From contig NZ_LT963434.1 of the NCBI RefSeq assembly GCF_900199515.1, positions 963,272 to 995,271 on the forward strand: 32,000 bases of DNA, given 5' to 3'. Source of the DNA: Massilicoli timonensis (GTDB lineage: Bacteria > Bacillota_I > Bacilli_A > Erysipelotrichales > Erysipelotrichaceae). The position numbers and the translations under genes are program-made. The notes beneath the pieces were generated by a model that searched no databases, was not told where the DNA came from, and saw nothing but the letters and a program-made list of their open reading frames with translations. Below, in pieces: positions 20,537 to 29,316 of this stretch. The first letter of the stretch is position 1; the number at the start of each line of letters is the position of its first letter.

Positions 20537-21418
20537 CTACACTTTCTCTTTCTCGTTTTTGCCCAGCAAGCCGCTAGGCTTGATCAACAGGATCAAAATA
20601 AGGATCACATATACGACCGCATCTTTATATAATGAACCGCCATAGCCGGCAACCAGTGTTTCTAAAACACCGATGCTGACGCCGCCCATCATCGCACCCG
20701 GTATGATGCCGATCCCGCCGAACACTGCCGCAATGAACGCTTTTAAGCCCGGCGTCATGCCCATTAACGGGGAAATGCTGTTATAGTAAAGTCCTACCAG
20801 AACACCGGCCGCACCGGCTAATGCCGAACCGATCGCAAACGTATAGGAAATCGTCGCATTGACATTGATGCCCATTAGCTGCGCCGCATCCGGATCGGTC
20901 GAAACCGCACGCATCGCTTTTCCGATCTTGGTCTTTTTTACGATGAACTGCAATAACAGCATGAGCAGCACCGCAATCACAAAGATCATCAGCTGGGTAT
21001 AAGTGATACTGACCCCGCCGATCTGCAAGACGCCTTCCAATAAGACATCATCCGGCATGGTACGCACACCTGCTCCCATAAAATACTGCATCGTATATTC
21101 CAGAAACAGCGACACACCGATTGCCGTAATCAAAGAAGTGATGCGGCTCGCATGACGAAGCGGCTTGTAGGCGATCTTTTCAATGACAACACCCAGCAGC
21201 GCGCAGGCTGCCATTGCAATTATGATTGCCGGTACGACCCCCAGGTGCAGTCCGGTAATGACAAAATAGCCGATATAAGCGCCTACCATATAAATATCGC
21301 CATGGGCAAAGTTGATCAGTTTGATGATGCCGTACACCATCGTATAGCCAAGCGCTACCAAAGCAAAAATACTGCCCAGCGATAATCCGTTCACCAGCTG
21401 CTGTAAAAAAATTGTCAT
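20537..21418 (-). CDS. livH: Branched-chain amino acid ABC transporter permease (LivH type)
   Basis: A polytopic membrane protein with LINFAHGDIYMVGAY. I prefer the ATG at 21418 (MTIFLQQ), 6 nt after a GAGGTG SD. The track GTG at 21427 lies inside that SD. Confidence 0.9.
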   Translation of the reverse strand: MTIFLQQLVNGLSLGSIFALVALGYTMVYGIIKLINFAHGDIYMVGAYIGYFVITGLHLGVVPAIIIAMAACALLGVVIEKIAYKPLRHASRITSLITAIGVSLFLEYTMQYFMGAGVRTMPDDVLLEGVLQIGGVSITYTQLMIFVIAVLLMLLLQFIVKKTKIGKAMRAVSTDPDAAQLMGINVNATISYTFAIGSALAGAAGVLVGLYYNSISPLMGMTPGLKAFIAAVFGGIGIIPGAMMGGVSIGVLETLVAGYGGSLYKDAVVYVILILILLIKPSGLLGKNEKEKV

Positions 21419-21501
21419 ATCGTTCACCTCATTCTATCGTTCAAGTAAAGAAATAGGTGAAATTCACATTTCACCTATTTACTTGTTTCCTTTCTTTCGA
21501 T

Positions 21502-22659
21502 TTATTCCGCTTCTACGGTCGTCGCATTTACCTGTTTTCCGTTTTGCAGTTCAACCACCTTGATCGATTTTTTCGCCTGATGGTCTTTGCCCATTGAGAA
21601 GGTACCGGTTACCATTGAGAAAGATTCTGTATTTTCCAGCGCTTCTTTCACATTTTCCGGTGTGACATCTTTTCCGTCATCCATGACCCGCTTGATCGCA
21701 TCAGCGACAAAGTATGCTTCATCATAGCCTAATGCGTGGAAAGCGCCCGGTGTAGCACCGTCATATTTTTCCGCAAAATCCGCAATAAACTTCTGTACGA
21801 CTTCATCATCGCCGACCGTTGTAAAGTGGGTCGTAAAGTACACATTATTCAAGTCATCCGCACCGACCAGATCAATGAAACGCGAATCATCGAAACCATC
21901 CGGTCCTAAGATCGGTTTGTCATTGCCGCCCTTGCGCAGCTGTTTTACCAGCTGACCGCTCGCTTCATAATAGCCTAAGATCACGACTGCATCATAATCC
22001 TGATCGGCATTCTTGGTAATGATCGAACTGAAATCTTTATCATCCGTATTAAAGCCTTCAGTGGAAACGATTTCTCCTTTATAACTCTTTTCAAAAGCAT
22101 TTAACAGCCCTTTTCCATAATCATTGGTATCATGGAACACCAAAACTCTGTTATAGCCTTTTTCAATCGCAAATTCAGCGATTGCGCCGCCCTGATAGGA
22201 ATCAGTAAAGCAGGTGATAAACCCATATGGCAGGGTATTGCCGTCTTTATCCAGTGTCACACTGTCGCCGGTCGCGCTTGCCGAGATCGTCGGCACTTTC
22301 GTATTGCTGGCAACCGCAAACGCCTGTGCTGTCGCACCGGTCGTTGCCGGGCCTAGGATCGCTACGGCCCCTTCATTGGCAAGCAATTCGCTCATTGCCG
22401 AAACTTCAGCGGCTTCGGACTTATTATCCTTAATTACCAGTTTGATCTTCTTGCCGTTGATGCCGCCATCTGCATTGATTTCATCTACCGCCATCTGGAT
22501 TCCATCACGATGAGCAATGCCATACTGTGCAACATTTCCGGTTAGCTCGTAATTCACCCCGATTACGATTTCATCTGTGTTTGCGCTCTCTTCACCGCCA
22601 CATCCGGCTAACATTGCCATCGACATACAGGCAACTGCCACTTTCCTAAACCTTTTCAT
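21502..22659 (-). CDS. livJ: Branched-chain amino acid ABC transporter substrate-binding lipoprotein (LivJ/K type, PBP type 1)
   Basis: Has a signal peptide with lipobox MAMLAGC, followed by a type-1 periplasmic-binding fold sequence (VIGVNYELTGNVAQYG.., ILGPATTGAT). The ATG at 22659 (MKRFRK) is 8 nt after AAGGAG. Confidence 0.88.
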   Translation of the reverse strand: MKRFRKVAVACMSMAMLAGCGGEESANTDEIVIGVNYELTGNVAQYGIAHRDGIQMAVDEINADGGINGKKIKLVIKDNKSEAAEVSAMSELLANEGAVAILGPATTGATAQAFAVASNTKVPTISASATGDSVTLDKDGNTLPYGFITCFTDSYQGGAIAEFAIEKGYNRVLVFHDTNDYGKGLLNAFEKSYKGEIVSTEGFNTDDKDFSSIITKNADQDYDAVVILGYYEASGQLVKQLRKGGNDKPILGPDGFDDSRFIDLVGADDLNNVYFTTHFTTVGDDEVVQKFIADFAEKYDGATPGAFHALGYDEAYFVADAIKRVMDDGKDVTPENVKEALENTESFSMVTGTFSMGKDHQAKKSIKVVELQNGKQVNATTVEAE

Positions 22660-22694
22660 ACAATTCACTCCTTTTCCTGATGTGTTATGATGTT

Positions 22695-22722
22695 ATTATA
22701 ATATTCTTTCACATTTTTTCAA
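22695..22722 (-). promoter_or_regulatory. liv operon promoter (-35 TTGAAA / -10 TATAAT, 16-nt spacer)
   Basis: Minus strand reads TTGAAAAAATGTGAAAGAATATTATAAT, about 35 nt upstream of the livJ ATG. The leader is too short for a T-box or riboswitch. Confidence 0.55.
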
Positions 22723-22857
22723 GTCTTTTTCACACATTTTTACATGAAAATTGTTTCAAAAATAATGTCTTTTCTGCTTTTTATTACATACCGGTTCCTT
22801 TGTCATATAGAGAAAGAACGACCTAGGCGCACCGATCTGTTCTGCCCCTATAAATAG

Positions 22858-22885
22858 TAAAAACACTGTCCGATCAGACAGTGTT
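22858..22885 (-). terminator. tpiA intrinsic terminator
   Basis: Minus strand reads AACACTGTC-TGATCG-GACAGTGTT followed by TTTAC. This is a perfect 9-bp stem, 20 nt after the tpiA stop. Confidence 0.75.
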
Positions 22886-22905
22886 CTTGCTTTGGTTTCA
22901 GAACC

Positions 22906-23649
22906 TTATTTGGTTTTATTGATGATATCGGTAAAGCTGTCCACTTTCAGGGATGCACCGCCGATCAGCGCACCGTCAATGTCCGGCTGCGCCATATATT
23001 CAACGATATTTTCCGGTTTTACCGATCCGCCGTACTGTACTCGTACCGCTTCCGCAGCTTCTTTGCCGTACATTTTCTCAATCTGATCACGTACGATATG
23101 GCAACACTGCTGTGCGATTTCCACCGATGCGCTCTTGCCGGTACCGATCGCCCAGATCGGTTCATAAGCGATAACGATGTCTTTTACGCAATCCGCGCAA
23201 AGATCCGCTAATGAGCCGCTTAACTGTGAACGAATCACCGCTTCCGATTCACCGGCATCATACTGTGCTTCACTTTCACCGATACAAACGATCGGGGTAA
23301 TACCTGCCTGAATCAGACGTTTTGCTTTTTTATTGACCGTTTCATCGGTATCACCGAACATTTCACGACGTTCTGAATGACCGATGATGCACCATTTCAC
23401 ACCGATTTCCTCTAACATCGGCACAGATACTTCACCGGTAAAAGCACCGGAATCTTCAAAGTGGCAGTTTTCAGCCGCTACGATCAAGTGATTCGCATGC
23501 TTCACCGATTCTGCCAGCGCCAAGAAAGGTGCGCCGACACCATAAGTTGCCCCATCATGGCACACGCCATCGACCGCATCAATGAAAGCAACGGCTTCTG
23601 CGATCGTTTTATTCATTTTCCAGTTTCCGACAATAATAGGTTTTCTCAT
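22906..23649 (-). CDS. tpiA: Triosephosphate isomerase
   Basis: 247 aa with VGNWKMN, CIIGHSERR and IAYEPIWAIGTGK motifs. Its start overlaps the pgk stop (TAATG). Confidence 0.97.
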   Translation of the reverse strand: MRKPIIVGNWKMNKTIAEAVAFIDAVDGVCHDGATYGVGAPFLALAESVKHANHLIVAAENCHFEDSGAFTGEVSVPMLEEIGVKWCIIGHSERREMFGDTDETVNKKAKRLIQAGITPIVCIGESEAQYDAGESEAVIRSQLSGSLADLCADCVKDIVIAYEPIWAIGTGKSASVEIAQQCCHIVRDQIEKMYGKEAAEAVRVQYGGSVKPENIVEYMAQPDIDGALIGGASLKVDSFTDIINKTK

Positions 23650-24845
23650 TATTTATCACCGATTACCGCAATACCCGGTAATTCCTTTCCTTCCATAAAT
23701 TCCAGTGAAGCGCCGCCGCCGGTTGAAATATGAGAGAATTTTTCCTTGAAGCCCAGCTGGATCGCCGCTGCTGCGGAATCACCGCCACCGATCACCGTCA
23801 TTGCACCCGGCAGTTCAGAGATCGCCGTACATACTTCTAATGTACCTTTTGCATAAGTAGGCATTTCAAATACGCCCATCGGTCCATTCCAAACGACCGT
23901 CTTAGCACCTGCCAATTCCTTCTTGAACAGTTCGATCGTTTCCGGTCCGATATCCAATCCCATATAGTCATCAGGAATTTCCCCTGATTTGCATACCATT
24001 TTGTTCGCTTCTTCACTGAATGCGTCAGCGCACACATTGTCCACCGGCAATACCAGTTTGCCGCCGGCTTTTGCCAAATATTCTTTTGCCAGTTCCACTT
24101 TATCTTCTTCCAATAAAGAAGTACCGACCTTGCCGCCCTGTGCGACCATGAACGTATAAGCCATACCGCCACCGATCAGCACTTTATCCGCGATCTTCAA
24201 CAGATTGTCTACTACCGCGATCTTATCAGAAACCTTGGCGCCGCCGATGATTGCCACAAACGGATGCTCCGGTGTCTTGACTGCTTTTTCCAGCATGGAA
24301 ACTTCTTTTTCTACCAAGAAGCCCAGCGCATTCGGCAACAAGGAAGGAATGCCGGCAGTGGAAGCATGCGCACGATGCACGGAACCAAACGCATCTTCTA
24401 CAAACAGATCGCCCAAGGACGCCCAGTATTTTGCCAATTCCGGATCATTCTTGCTTTCACCTTTTTCATAACGAGTATTCTGCATCAGCACGATTTCGCC
24501 GTCATTCATTTCCGCTACGGCTTTTTCCAGCTCTTCACCTCTGGTAACCGGAACGAATGTAACCTTTGTATCCACCAGTTCACCCAGGCGTTTGCCTACG
24601 CAAGCCATATTGTTTTTCGCTTTGTCAGCTTCGGTTTTTTCAGGGTCTTTGTGATTGACCTTTCCCAAATGTGACATCAAGATCACTTTTGCTTTGTTTT
24701 CAACCAAATAGTTGATCGTCGGAAGTGCCTGTACGATACGGTTGTCATTGGTGATCTCATCGCCTTTTCTAGGCACATTGAAATCCACCCGGACAATGAC
24801 GCGTTTTCCGGCAACATCCAGATCTTTTACAGTTCTTTTTGCCAT
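23649..24845 (-). CDS. pgk: Phosphoglycerate kinase
   Basis: 398 aa with [19 protein letters not shown] and [22 protein letters not shown] motifs. Confidence 0.97.
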   Translation of the reverse strand: MAKRTVKDLDVAGKRVIVRVDFNVPRKGDEITNDNRIVQALPTINYLVENKAKVILMSHLGKVNHKDPEKTEADKAKNNMACVGKRLGELVDTKVTFVPVTRGEELEKAVAEMNDGEIVLMQNTRYEKGESKNDPELAKYWASLGDLFVEDAFGSVHRAHASTAGIPSLLPNALGFLVEKEVSMLEKAVKTPEHPFVAIIGGAKVSDKIAVVDNLLKIADKVLIGGGMAYTFMVAQGGKVGTSLLEEDKVELAKEYLAKAGGKLVLPVDNVCADAFSEEANKMVCKSGEIPDDYMGLDIGPETIELFKKELAGAKTVVWNGPMGVFEMPTYAKGTLEVCTAISELPGAMTVIGGGDSAAAAIQLGFKEKFSHISTGGGASLEFMEGKELPGIAVIGDK

Positions 24846-24874
24846 GATTAAAGTCCTCCTTAATAATCGCCCTT

Positions 24875-24903
24875 ATTATAACACTAACCCTTTTTTTCGT
24901 AAA
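24875..24903 (-). promoter_or_regulatory. pgk-tpiA promoter (-35 TTTACG, extended -10 TGTTATAAT, 17-nt spacer)
   Basis: Minus strand reads TTTACGAAAAAAAGGGTTAGTGTTATAAT, about 30 nt upstream of the pgk ATG. Confidence 0.6.
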
Positions 24904-24938
24904 TGAAAAAACTGCCTTTTGTCCATTATTTCACGAGA

Positions 24939-25421
24939 TTAAAATTCCAAGATCATATCATTCCATTTAGCCCCGCCATGAACCGATGCGGAAACACCTA
25001 GCAGGCGATAACCAAATGATTCATAAAAGGGAATCAAATGATCTTTACATGTCAAAATGCAGCCTTTGCGCTTTCTTTGGCGGGCGTCGGCGATTAGCGC
25101 ATCCATAAGCAGTGCACTCAATCGTTTTCCCCGATGATCAGGATGCACATCTAAACCGAATACACTTTGATAAGCGCCGTCCTCACAGTGCAGGGAAGCA
25201 TTCTCAAACAACTCATCACGAATGACTCTCTCATTCACGCACATCCCGTTGATAAAGCCAATGATTTCCCTATCATCTTCCAACACCCAAAAGCAATCTC
25301 CAAACACGGAAAAGCGTTCTTTGAAACAAGCCAGATCAGCCGCCTCAGCTTTAGGAAAACAAATGGCTTCCAGTTTTGCGATCGCTTCCAGATCTGACGC
25401 TTGTGCCTTGCGAATATTCAT
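24939..25421 (-). CDS. GNAT-family N-acetyltransferase
   Basis: 160 aa with the acetyl-CoA binding segment LDVHPDHRGKRLSALLMDAL and FYESFGY near the C-terminus. The substrate is not inferable. Confidence 0.8.
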   Translation of the reverse strand: MNIRKAQASDLEAIAKLEAICFPKAEAADLACFKERFSVFGDCFWVLEDDREIIGFINGMCVNERVIRDELFENASLHCEDGAYQSVFGLDVHPDHRGKRLSALLMDALIADARQRKRKGCILTCKDHLIPFYESFGYRLLGVSASVHGGAKWNDMILEF

Positions 25422-25442
25422 ATCATCACCTCGCGCTCATTA

Positions 25443-25478
25443 TAGCACAAGAAAGAGCGGTCATCACAACCGCTCTTT
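25443..25478 (-). terminator. guaB terminator, with an extended -10 (TGCTATAAT, 25439-25447) for the GNAT gene immediately behind it
   Basis: Minus strand reads AAAGAGCGG-TTGTGATGA-CCGCTCTTT followed by CTTGTGCTATAAT. The stem is a perfect 9 bp. The U-tract is interrupted. Confidence 0.55.
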
Positions 25479-25483
25479 TATCA

Positions 25484-26998
25484 TTATTTTACTTTCGCAT
25501 CGATCGTATTGTCTTTTACCACAACATCATGTGCGCCGCCTTCCACGATGCTTGTCGCAGATACCAGCGTGATCTTTGCCTTCTGCTGCAGTTCCTCGAT
25601 CGTCAAAGCGCCGCAGTTGCACATCGTATGCTTGACCTTGCTCAGCGTCAAAGCCACATTATCCTTTAGCGCTCCCGCATATGGCACGTAAGAATCAACG
25701 CCCTCTACAAAGGATAACTTATTGTCGCCGCCCATATCATAACGCTGCCAGTTACGGGCACGGGCGCTTCCTTCTCCCCAGTATTCTTTCATATATGTAC
25801 CGTTGATCGTAACCTTTTTGGTCGGTGATTCTTCAAATCTTGAGAAATAACGCCCCAGCATGACAAAATCCGCACCCATCGCAAGCGCCAGCGTAATATG
25901 ATAATCATGCACGATACCGCCGTCGCTGCAAATCGGGATATAAATACCGGTTTCCTTAAAATATGCATCACGCGCCTTGGCAACCTCGATCGTCGCTGTT
26001 GCCTGACCGCGTCCGATTCCCTTTTGTTCACGGGTAATGCAGATAGAACCGCCGCCGATGCCGATCTTAATAAAATCCGCTCCTGCTTCCGCTAAGAAAC
26101 GAAAGCCCTCCGCATCCACGACATTGCCGGCACCAACCTTGACGGAATCACCATAATGATCGCGGATCCATTTCAAGGTGATCGCCTGCCACTGAGAAAA
26201 CCCTTCCGAAGAGTCGATACAAAGCACATCCGCACCCGCTTCCACAAGCGCCGGCACACGGGTTTCATAATCGCGGGTATTGATACCTGCACCGACGATA
26301 TAGCGTTTATGTTCATCTAATAATTCATTGGGATTTTCTTTATGCGAATCATAATCCTTGCGGAACACAAAAGAAGTCAGACACTGCTGTTCATCTACTA
26401 CCGGCAATGCGTTCAATTTATTTTCCCAGATGATGTCATTGGCTTCACTGAGCGTACAGCCTTCTTTTGCATATACCAGATTCGCAAAAGGCGTCATGAA
26501 TTCCGATACCTTCGTATCCAGGCTCATGCGGCTTACCCGATAATCACGAGAAGTAACGATTCCCAGCAGTTTCCCGTTTGCCGTTCCATCTTCGGTAACC
26601 GCCATCGTCGAATGACCCGTGCGTTCCTTTAAGGCGAGGACATCCGCCAATGTCGCATCGACCTTGATATTGGAATCACTGAATACAAATCCGGCTTTTG
26701 CGGCCTTGACCCGCCTTACCATCGCCGCTTCATTTTCCACTGTCTGCGATCCATAAATAAATGAGATGCCGCCTTCTCTTGCCAAAGCCGTCGCCATGCG
26801 TTCTCCTGATACCGACTGCATGATTGCCGATACCATCGGAATATTCATGTGCAGCGCCGGTTCCTCCTGCCCTTTGCGATACTTTACCAAAGGGGTCTTC
26901 AAAGAAACCTTATCCGGTGTGCATTCACAAGAAGAATACCCCGGAACTAACAAGTATTCACTGAAAGTACGAGATGGTTCATTAAAATAGTGTGCCAT
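25484..26998 (-). CDS. guaB: Inosine-5'-monophosphate dehydrogenase
   Basis: 504 aa with the catalytic Cys loop [23 protein letters not shown], an inserted CBS pair (Bateman domain) and a TIM-barrel IMPDH sequence throughout. Confidence 0.93.
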   Translation of the reverse strand: MAHYFNEPSRTFSEYLLVPGYSSCECTPDKVSLKTPLVKYRKGQEEPALHMNIPMVSAIMQSVSGERMATALAREGGISFIYGSQTVENEAAMVRRVKAAKAGFVFSDSNIKVDATLADVLALKERTGHSTMAVTEDGTANGKLLGIVTSRDYRVSRMSLDTKVSEFMTPFANLVYAKEGCTLSEANDIIWENKLNALPVVDEQQCLTSFVFRKDYDSHKENPNELLDEHKRYIVGAGINTRDYETRVPALVEAGADVLCIDSSEGFSQWQAITLKWIRDHYGDSVKVGAGNVVDAEGFRFLAEAGADFIKIGIGGGSICITREQKGIGRGQATATIEVAKARDAYFKETGIYIPICSDGGIVHDYHITLALAMGADFVMLGRYFSRFEESPTKKVTINGTYMKEYWGEGSARARNWQRYDMGGDNKLSFVEGVDSYVPYAGALKDNVALTLSKVKHTMCNCGALTIEELQQKAKITLVSATSIVEGGAHDVVVKDNTIDAKVK

Positions 26999-27039
26999 GT
27001 GCTGTTTCTCCTTTTTCTATCTCCAAATATATTTATGAT

Positions 27040-27068
27040 ATTATAGTTTTTAATAGTTTGTTAGTCAA
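27040..27068 (-). promoter_or_regulatory. guaB promoter (-35 TTGACT / -10 TATAAT, 17-nt spacer)
   Basis: Minus strand reads TTGACTAACAAACTATTAAAAACTATAAT, about 40 nt upstream of the ATG. The first T of the -35 is also the last base of the left IS target-duplication copy. Confidence 0.65.
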
Positions 27069-27096
27069 TAGCAAAAAAACAAAATATCGCAAATGC
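27068..27096. repeat. Left copy of the 29-bp direct repeat (target site duplication)
   Basis: ATAGCAAAAAAACAAAATATCGCAAATGC, identical to 28622-28650. Confidence 0.9.
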
Positions 27097-28621
27097 TATG
27101 AATCGAAAATGATAATGTCTTAATGAAACGAAATTGAATTTGTCCCAAAAGTGATATATGATAAACCTTTCGTGAAAGAGAGGTTAATATGAGAGAGGTT
27201 GTATTAAGAATGAAAGAACAATATAAATATGAAATTATTAAAAAATTAGTTGATACCAACGGAAACAAGAAAAACGCTGCTTTGAAATTGCATTGCACGA
27301 TCCGTACCGTGAATCGTTTGATTCTGTTATATCAGAATGAAGGAAAAGAAGGTTTTATCCATAAGAATAGAAACAGGAAACCTTCTACCACTATTCCTGA
27401 AGATACAAGACGTAAAGTGATCGATCTGTATCGTACTAAATATCATGATGCCAATTTTACTCATTTTTCTGAACTCCTTTTGAAGAATGAGAATATTTCT
27501 GTTAGTGATTCTACCATTAAGAAATGGTTATTTGATGAAGGGATCCTTTCTCCTAAAGCAAGAAAGAAAACGATCAAAAAAATGAAATCTATCTTGAGCG
27601 AGCATAAGAAACGATCAAATTCTAAAAAAGAACTGGTTAAGATCGAGGAAAAACTTGAACGCTTAGATAGATCTGATGCTCATCCTCGCCGTCCTCGTTG
27701 TGCTTACTTTGGTGAATTGATTCAGATGGATGCCTCTCCTCACCTTTGGTTTGGTGATACCATCTCCCATCTTCATTTAGCGATCGATGATGCCACCGGT
27801 ATGATCGTGGGTGCTTATTTTGATCGTCAGGAAACATTAAATGCTTATTATCAAATTACCTACCAGATACTCACTGCTTATGGCATCCCCGCTAAGTTCT
27901 TCACAGATCGTCGTACTGTTTTTGAATACAAAAGAAAAAACGCATCTTCTGATGAAGAAGACACGTTTACACAGTTCTCTTATGCCTGTCATCAATTAGG
28001 GATCGAATTAGAATGTTCAAGCGTTCCGCAAGCAAAAGGGCGTGTAGAACGCTTGAACCAAACCCTGCAATCTCGTTTACCTATTGAACTTAGACTTGCA
28101 GGTATTTCCACCATAGAGGAAGCCAACGAGTTCTTAAACTCCTACATAAAAGAATTCAATGACATGTTCTCTCTACCCTTAAATAATACTAAAACAGTAT
28201 TTGAAAAGCAACCGGAGAACACAAAAATCAATCAAATCTTAGCTGTATTGAGTACACGTAAAATAGACAACGGTCACTGTATACGCTATAAGAACAAGTA
28301 TTACATACCTGTTACAAAAAATGGAATCAGGACATACTTGAAAAAAGGTACTACAGCCATGGTCATCGAATCCTTTGAAGGAAGTTTATATGTCAATATT
28401 CTTGATCAGCTTTTCGTTATGGTAGAAATTCCTGAACATGAAGAACTGTCTAAAACTTTTGATGTACAATATGAGAAACCTAAACAAAGAAAGTACTATA
28501 TACCGCCTATGTCACATCCTTGGAAACATGCTTCTTATCTCAATTATGTGGCAAAACAAAAGCACCGAATGAATGGTGCTAATGTTTGACTTTTTTTGGG
28601 ACATTTTCATTTTCGCTTGAC
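27097..28621 (+). mobile_element. Insertion sequence, about 1525 bp, IS1202/ISNCY-like (rve-type DDE transposase), apparently intact
   Basis: A single transposase ORF flanked by imperfect terminal inverted repeats. The left end is ATGAATCGAAAATGATAATGTC and the reverse complement of the right end is GTCAAGCGAAAATGAAAATGTC (18/22 match). The element is bracketed by a perfect 29-bp direct repeat and is visibly more AT-rich than the flanks. Confidence 0.88.
27189..28589 (+). CDS. DDE transposase with N-terminal HTH and integrase-core (rve) domain; family assignment IS1202 group/ISNCY is tentative
   Basis: 466 aa. An HTH-like N-terminus (NAALKLHCTIRTVNRLILLYQNEG) is followed by catalytic-core blocks ELIQMDASPH, LHLAIDDATGMIVGAYF, FFTDRRTVF and PQAKGRVERLNQTLQSRL. 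A GAGAGG SD lies 5 nt upstream. The stop lies inside the right terminal repeat. Confidence 0.88.
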   Translation: MREVVLRMKEQYKYEIIKKLVDTNGNKKNAALKLHCTIRTVNRLILLYQNEGKEGFIHKNRNRKPSTTIPEDTRRKVIDLYRTKYHDANFTHFSELLLKNENISVSDSTIKKWLFDEGILSPKARKKTIKKMKSILSEHKKRSNSKKELVKIEEKLERLDRSDAHPRRPRCAYFGELIQMDASPHLWFGDTISHLHLAIDDATGMIVGAYFDRQETLNAYYQITYQILTAYGIPAKFFTDRRTVFEYKRKNASSDEEDTFTQFSYACHQLGIELECSSVPQAKGRVERLNQTLQSRLPIELRLAGISTIEEANEFLNSYIKEFNDMFSLPLNNTKTVFEKQPENTKINQILAVLSTRKIDNGHCIRYKNKYYIPVTKNGIRTYLKKGTTAMVIESFEGSLYVNILDQLFVMVEIPEHEELSKTFDVQYEKPKQRKYYIPPMSHPWKHASYLNYVAKQKHRMNGANV

Positions 28622-28650
28622 ATAGCAAAAAAACAAAATATCGCAAATGC
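28622..28650. repeat. Right copy of the 29-bp direct repeat (target site duplication)
   Basis: ATAGCAAAAAAACAAAATATCGCAAATGC, identical to 27068-27096. It ends 1 nt before the stop codon of the lipoprotein gene. Confidence 0.9.
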
Positions 28651-28651
28651 A

Positions 28652-29215
28652 CTATACCTCTGTAAGCAGCGGACGCGCTTTGGCTAAAGTGATGGTCGTC
28701 GTACAAGTTTCTTTCTTTTTATCAATTATGACAGTATGCAGATTTTGATCCTCCAACGAAACCTTGATCGTTTCATTCCAATCGCTGCAAAGCAACATAA
28801 AGTCATAAATATTTTTTTCATCCATTGCCGCTTGAAATAGCGTGTCCATCAGCATGCTGGCAACATCGATCCCATTTTCCTGAATTGCTTTGCCTGCCTT
28901 TGCATCGGCATACAGCGTAATCTGCATCAGCCTTTCATCCTCTCGAAACAAAAATTTCGCCATGACCCCATCCCCGCGCTGAAACTGCATTTCATATCCT
29001 TCCTCCACAGCACGCAGATATTGATAATCAAATACATGATGCTCTTCACTGAGCGAATCGTATGCCTCTTCCTGATTAAACGCCTCCACCTTTTCATAAA
29101 CAAAGGCAATCTCGCTGTCAAAGGATTTCGGATCCAAGACCTTTTCTTCCTGATCACAGCCTGCTAACGCGACCATTGCCGACACAATACAAAGCCATAT
29201 CCATTTTTTTCTCAT
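28652..29215 (-). CDS. Hypothetical lipoprotein (paralog A)
   Basis: 187 aa with signal peptide and lipobox MRKKWIWLCIVSAMVALAGC. An AAGAGGTG SD precedes the start. It is homologous to the adjacent gene at 29317-29877. I recognise no domain. Confidence 0.75.
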   Translation of the reverse strand: MRKKWIWLCIVSAMVALAGCDQEEKVLDPKSFDSEIAFVYEKVEAFNQEEAYDSLSEEHHVFDYQYLRAVEEGYEMQFQRGDGVMAKFLFREDERLMQITLYADAKAGKAIQENGIDVASMLMDTLFQAAMDEKNIYDFMLLCSDWNETIKVSLEDQNLHTVIIDKKKETCTTTITLAKARPLLTEV

Positions 29216-29316
29216 TCATCACACCTCTTCATCAAACAGTATCATTGTAATCCTTTTTTATCTAAATACAAGATTTCTTTTTCCCTTATCCGTAAAAATG
29301 CGGAAACTGCGGCACT

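Noticed and set aside
22738-22752. CodY-box-like sequence AATTTTCATGTAAAA upstream of the liv promoter
   Set aside because: It matches only about 10/15 positions of the AATTTTCWGAAAATT consensus in an AT-rich region. I also cannot confirm that this lineage encodes CodY.
23837-24172. 111-aa alternative-frame ORF inside pgk, same strand
   Set aside because: It is nested out of frame in a highly conserved glycolytic gene. It is Trp/Arg-rich and has no SD.
27068-27096. Idea that the 29-bp IS target is a dif/XerCD-like recombination site, as some IS1202 relatives are reported to target
   Set aside because: The 29-mer shows no 11-6-11 dyad symmetry. It contains only a direct AT(A/C)GCAAA repeat, and it lies in a promoter-proximal intergenic region rather than a plausible terminus site.
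27065-27298. 77-aa minus-strand ORF crossing the IS left end
   Set aside because: It spans the target duplication, the terminal repeat and the transposase start in antisense. It is an AT-rich, low-complexity hydrophobic artefact.
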